Positions 63,601-64,000 of a stretch of DNA of 64,000 bases are shown here, piece after piece. A model generated the notes under the pieces. It made no database searches and had not been told where the DNA came from. It was given only the letters and a program-made list of their open reading frames with translations. The stretch spans positions 23,436,001 to 23,500,000 of the forward strand of contig NC_082731.1 of the NCBI RefSeq assembly GCF_030144855.1, in the 5' to 3' direction. Every line of letters starts with the position of its first letter. Position 1 is the first letter of the stretch. Position numbers and translations under genes: made by a program. Origin of the DNA: Hypanus sabinus. Its lineage: Eukaryota.

Positions 63601-64000
63601 CTTCATAGTCCAACTTACTCCCAGAATCTTGTTCAAGCAACGAAGATAAGAAAGTCTCTGACACATCCTCAAAACTCGAACCCTGAGTTAAACAGTCCTG
63701 AGTAACAACCTCATATTGCGCATCAATCTTTTTAGCCATAGCTCTAGTCACAACACAGGAAGAGTCTGTGTTAGAATTCAACTGACTCCATTGTCAAATG
63801 CACTTCAGGAAAAACTTGTCCACCTGCCAAGTCATTACCTAACAATAAAGAAATACCCTTCACAGTTAAGCTATGCTGTAATCCTACTTCAACAAATCCT
63901 GTAACTAACCCTGACTTTAAATTTTCCTTATGTAAATGGACAGGCATAAATTCACTCCCAACACCTCATATGTAATTTACCTCACCAGTATCAGACTCTT
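60605..64000 (-). mobile_element. Ty3/gypsy retrotransposon of the Gmr1 type, degenerate pol (INT-RT-RNase H order), running off the window
   Basis: In transcription order: integrase Zn finger (about 63440-63220), core (VDCVGPLP; SAYHPELQGALERFH), GPY module (FHGPYEI), RT (VPKPDGSIRYCTDYRKVN, FGMKNA, YIDDL), RNase H (VYTDYNPLVFL...HIKGKDNVVAD). Confidence 0.9.

Noticed and set aside
1-64000. Ig/TCR constant exons, additional D or J segments, CRISPR arrays, rRNA
   Set aside because: None was found on reading. Extra D segments are not needed for the 22/12-12/23 arrangement, although very degenerate segments could have been missed.

Overview
Vertebrate genomic DNA, almost certainly from a cartilaginous fish (probably a ray or skate, inferred from the CR1 tail style). 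The window is mostly decayed retroelements (CR1, Rex1/Babar, L1-like, Penelope, BEL/Pao and a Gmr1-type gypsy element) and has four assembly gaps. On the minus strand are two intact, paralogous germline antigen-receptor cassettes about 36.5 kb apart (6.5-10.1 kb and 43.2-46.6 kb). Each reads leader exon, IgNAR-like V (22-bp RSS), single D (12/12 RSS), J (23-bp RSS, splice donor), then a leaderless supporting TCR-delta-type V. This is the NAR-TCR (two-V-domain TCR delta) architecture known from sharks. All exons, splice phases and RSSs were traced by hand. The most unusual features are a second, near-consensus 23-RSS conserved 22 bp behind the normal RSS of both supporting Vs, and an RSS geometry that allows inter-cassette joins giving three-V-domain chains. 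Both cassettes sit in a roughly 14.5-kb segmental duplication, and the order of its transposon insertions can be read directly. No constant region is present; it would be expected toward lower coordinates.
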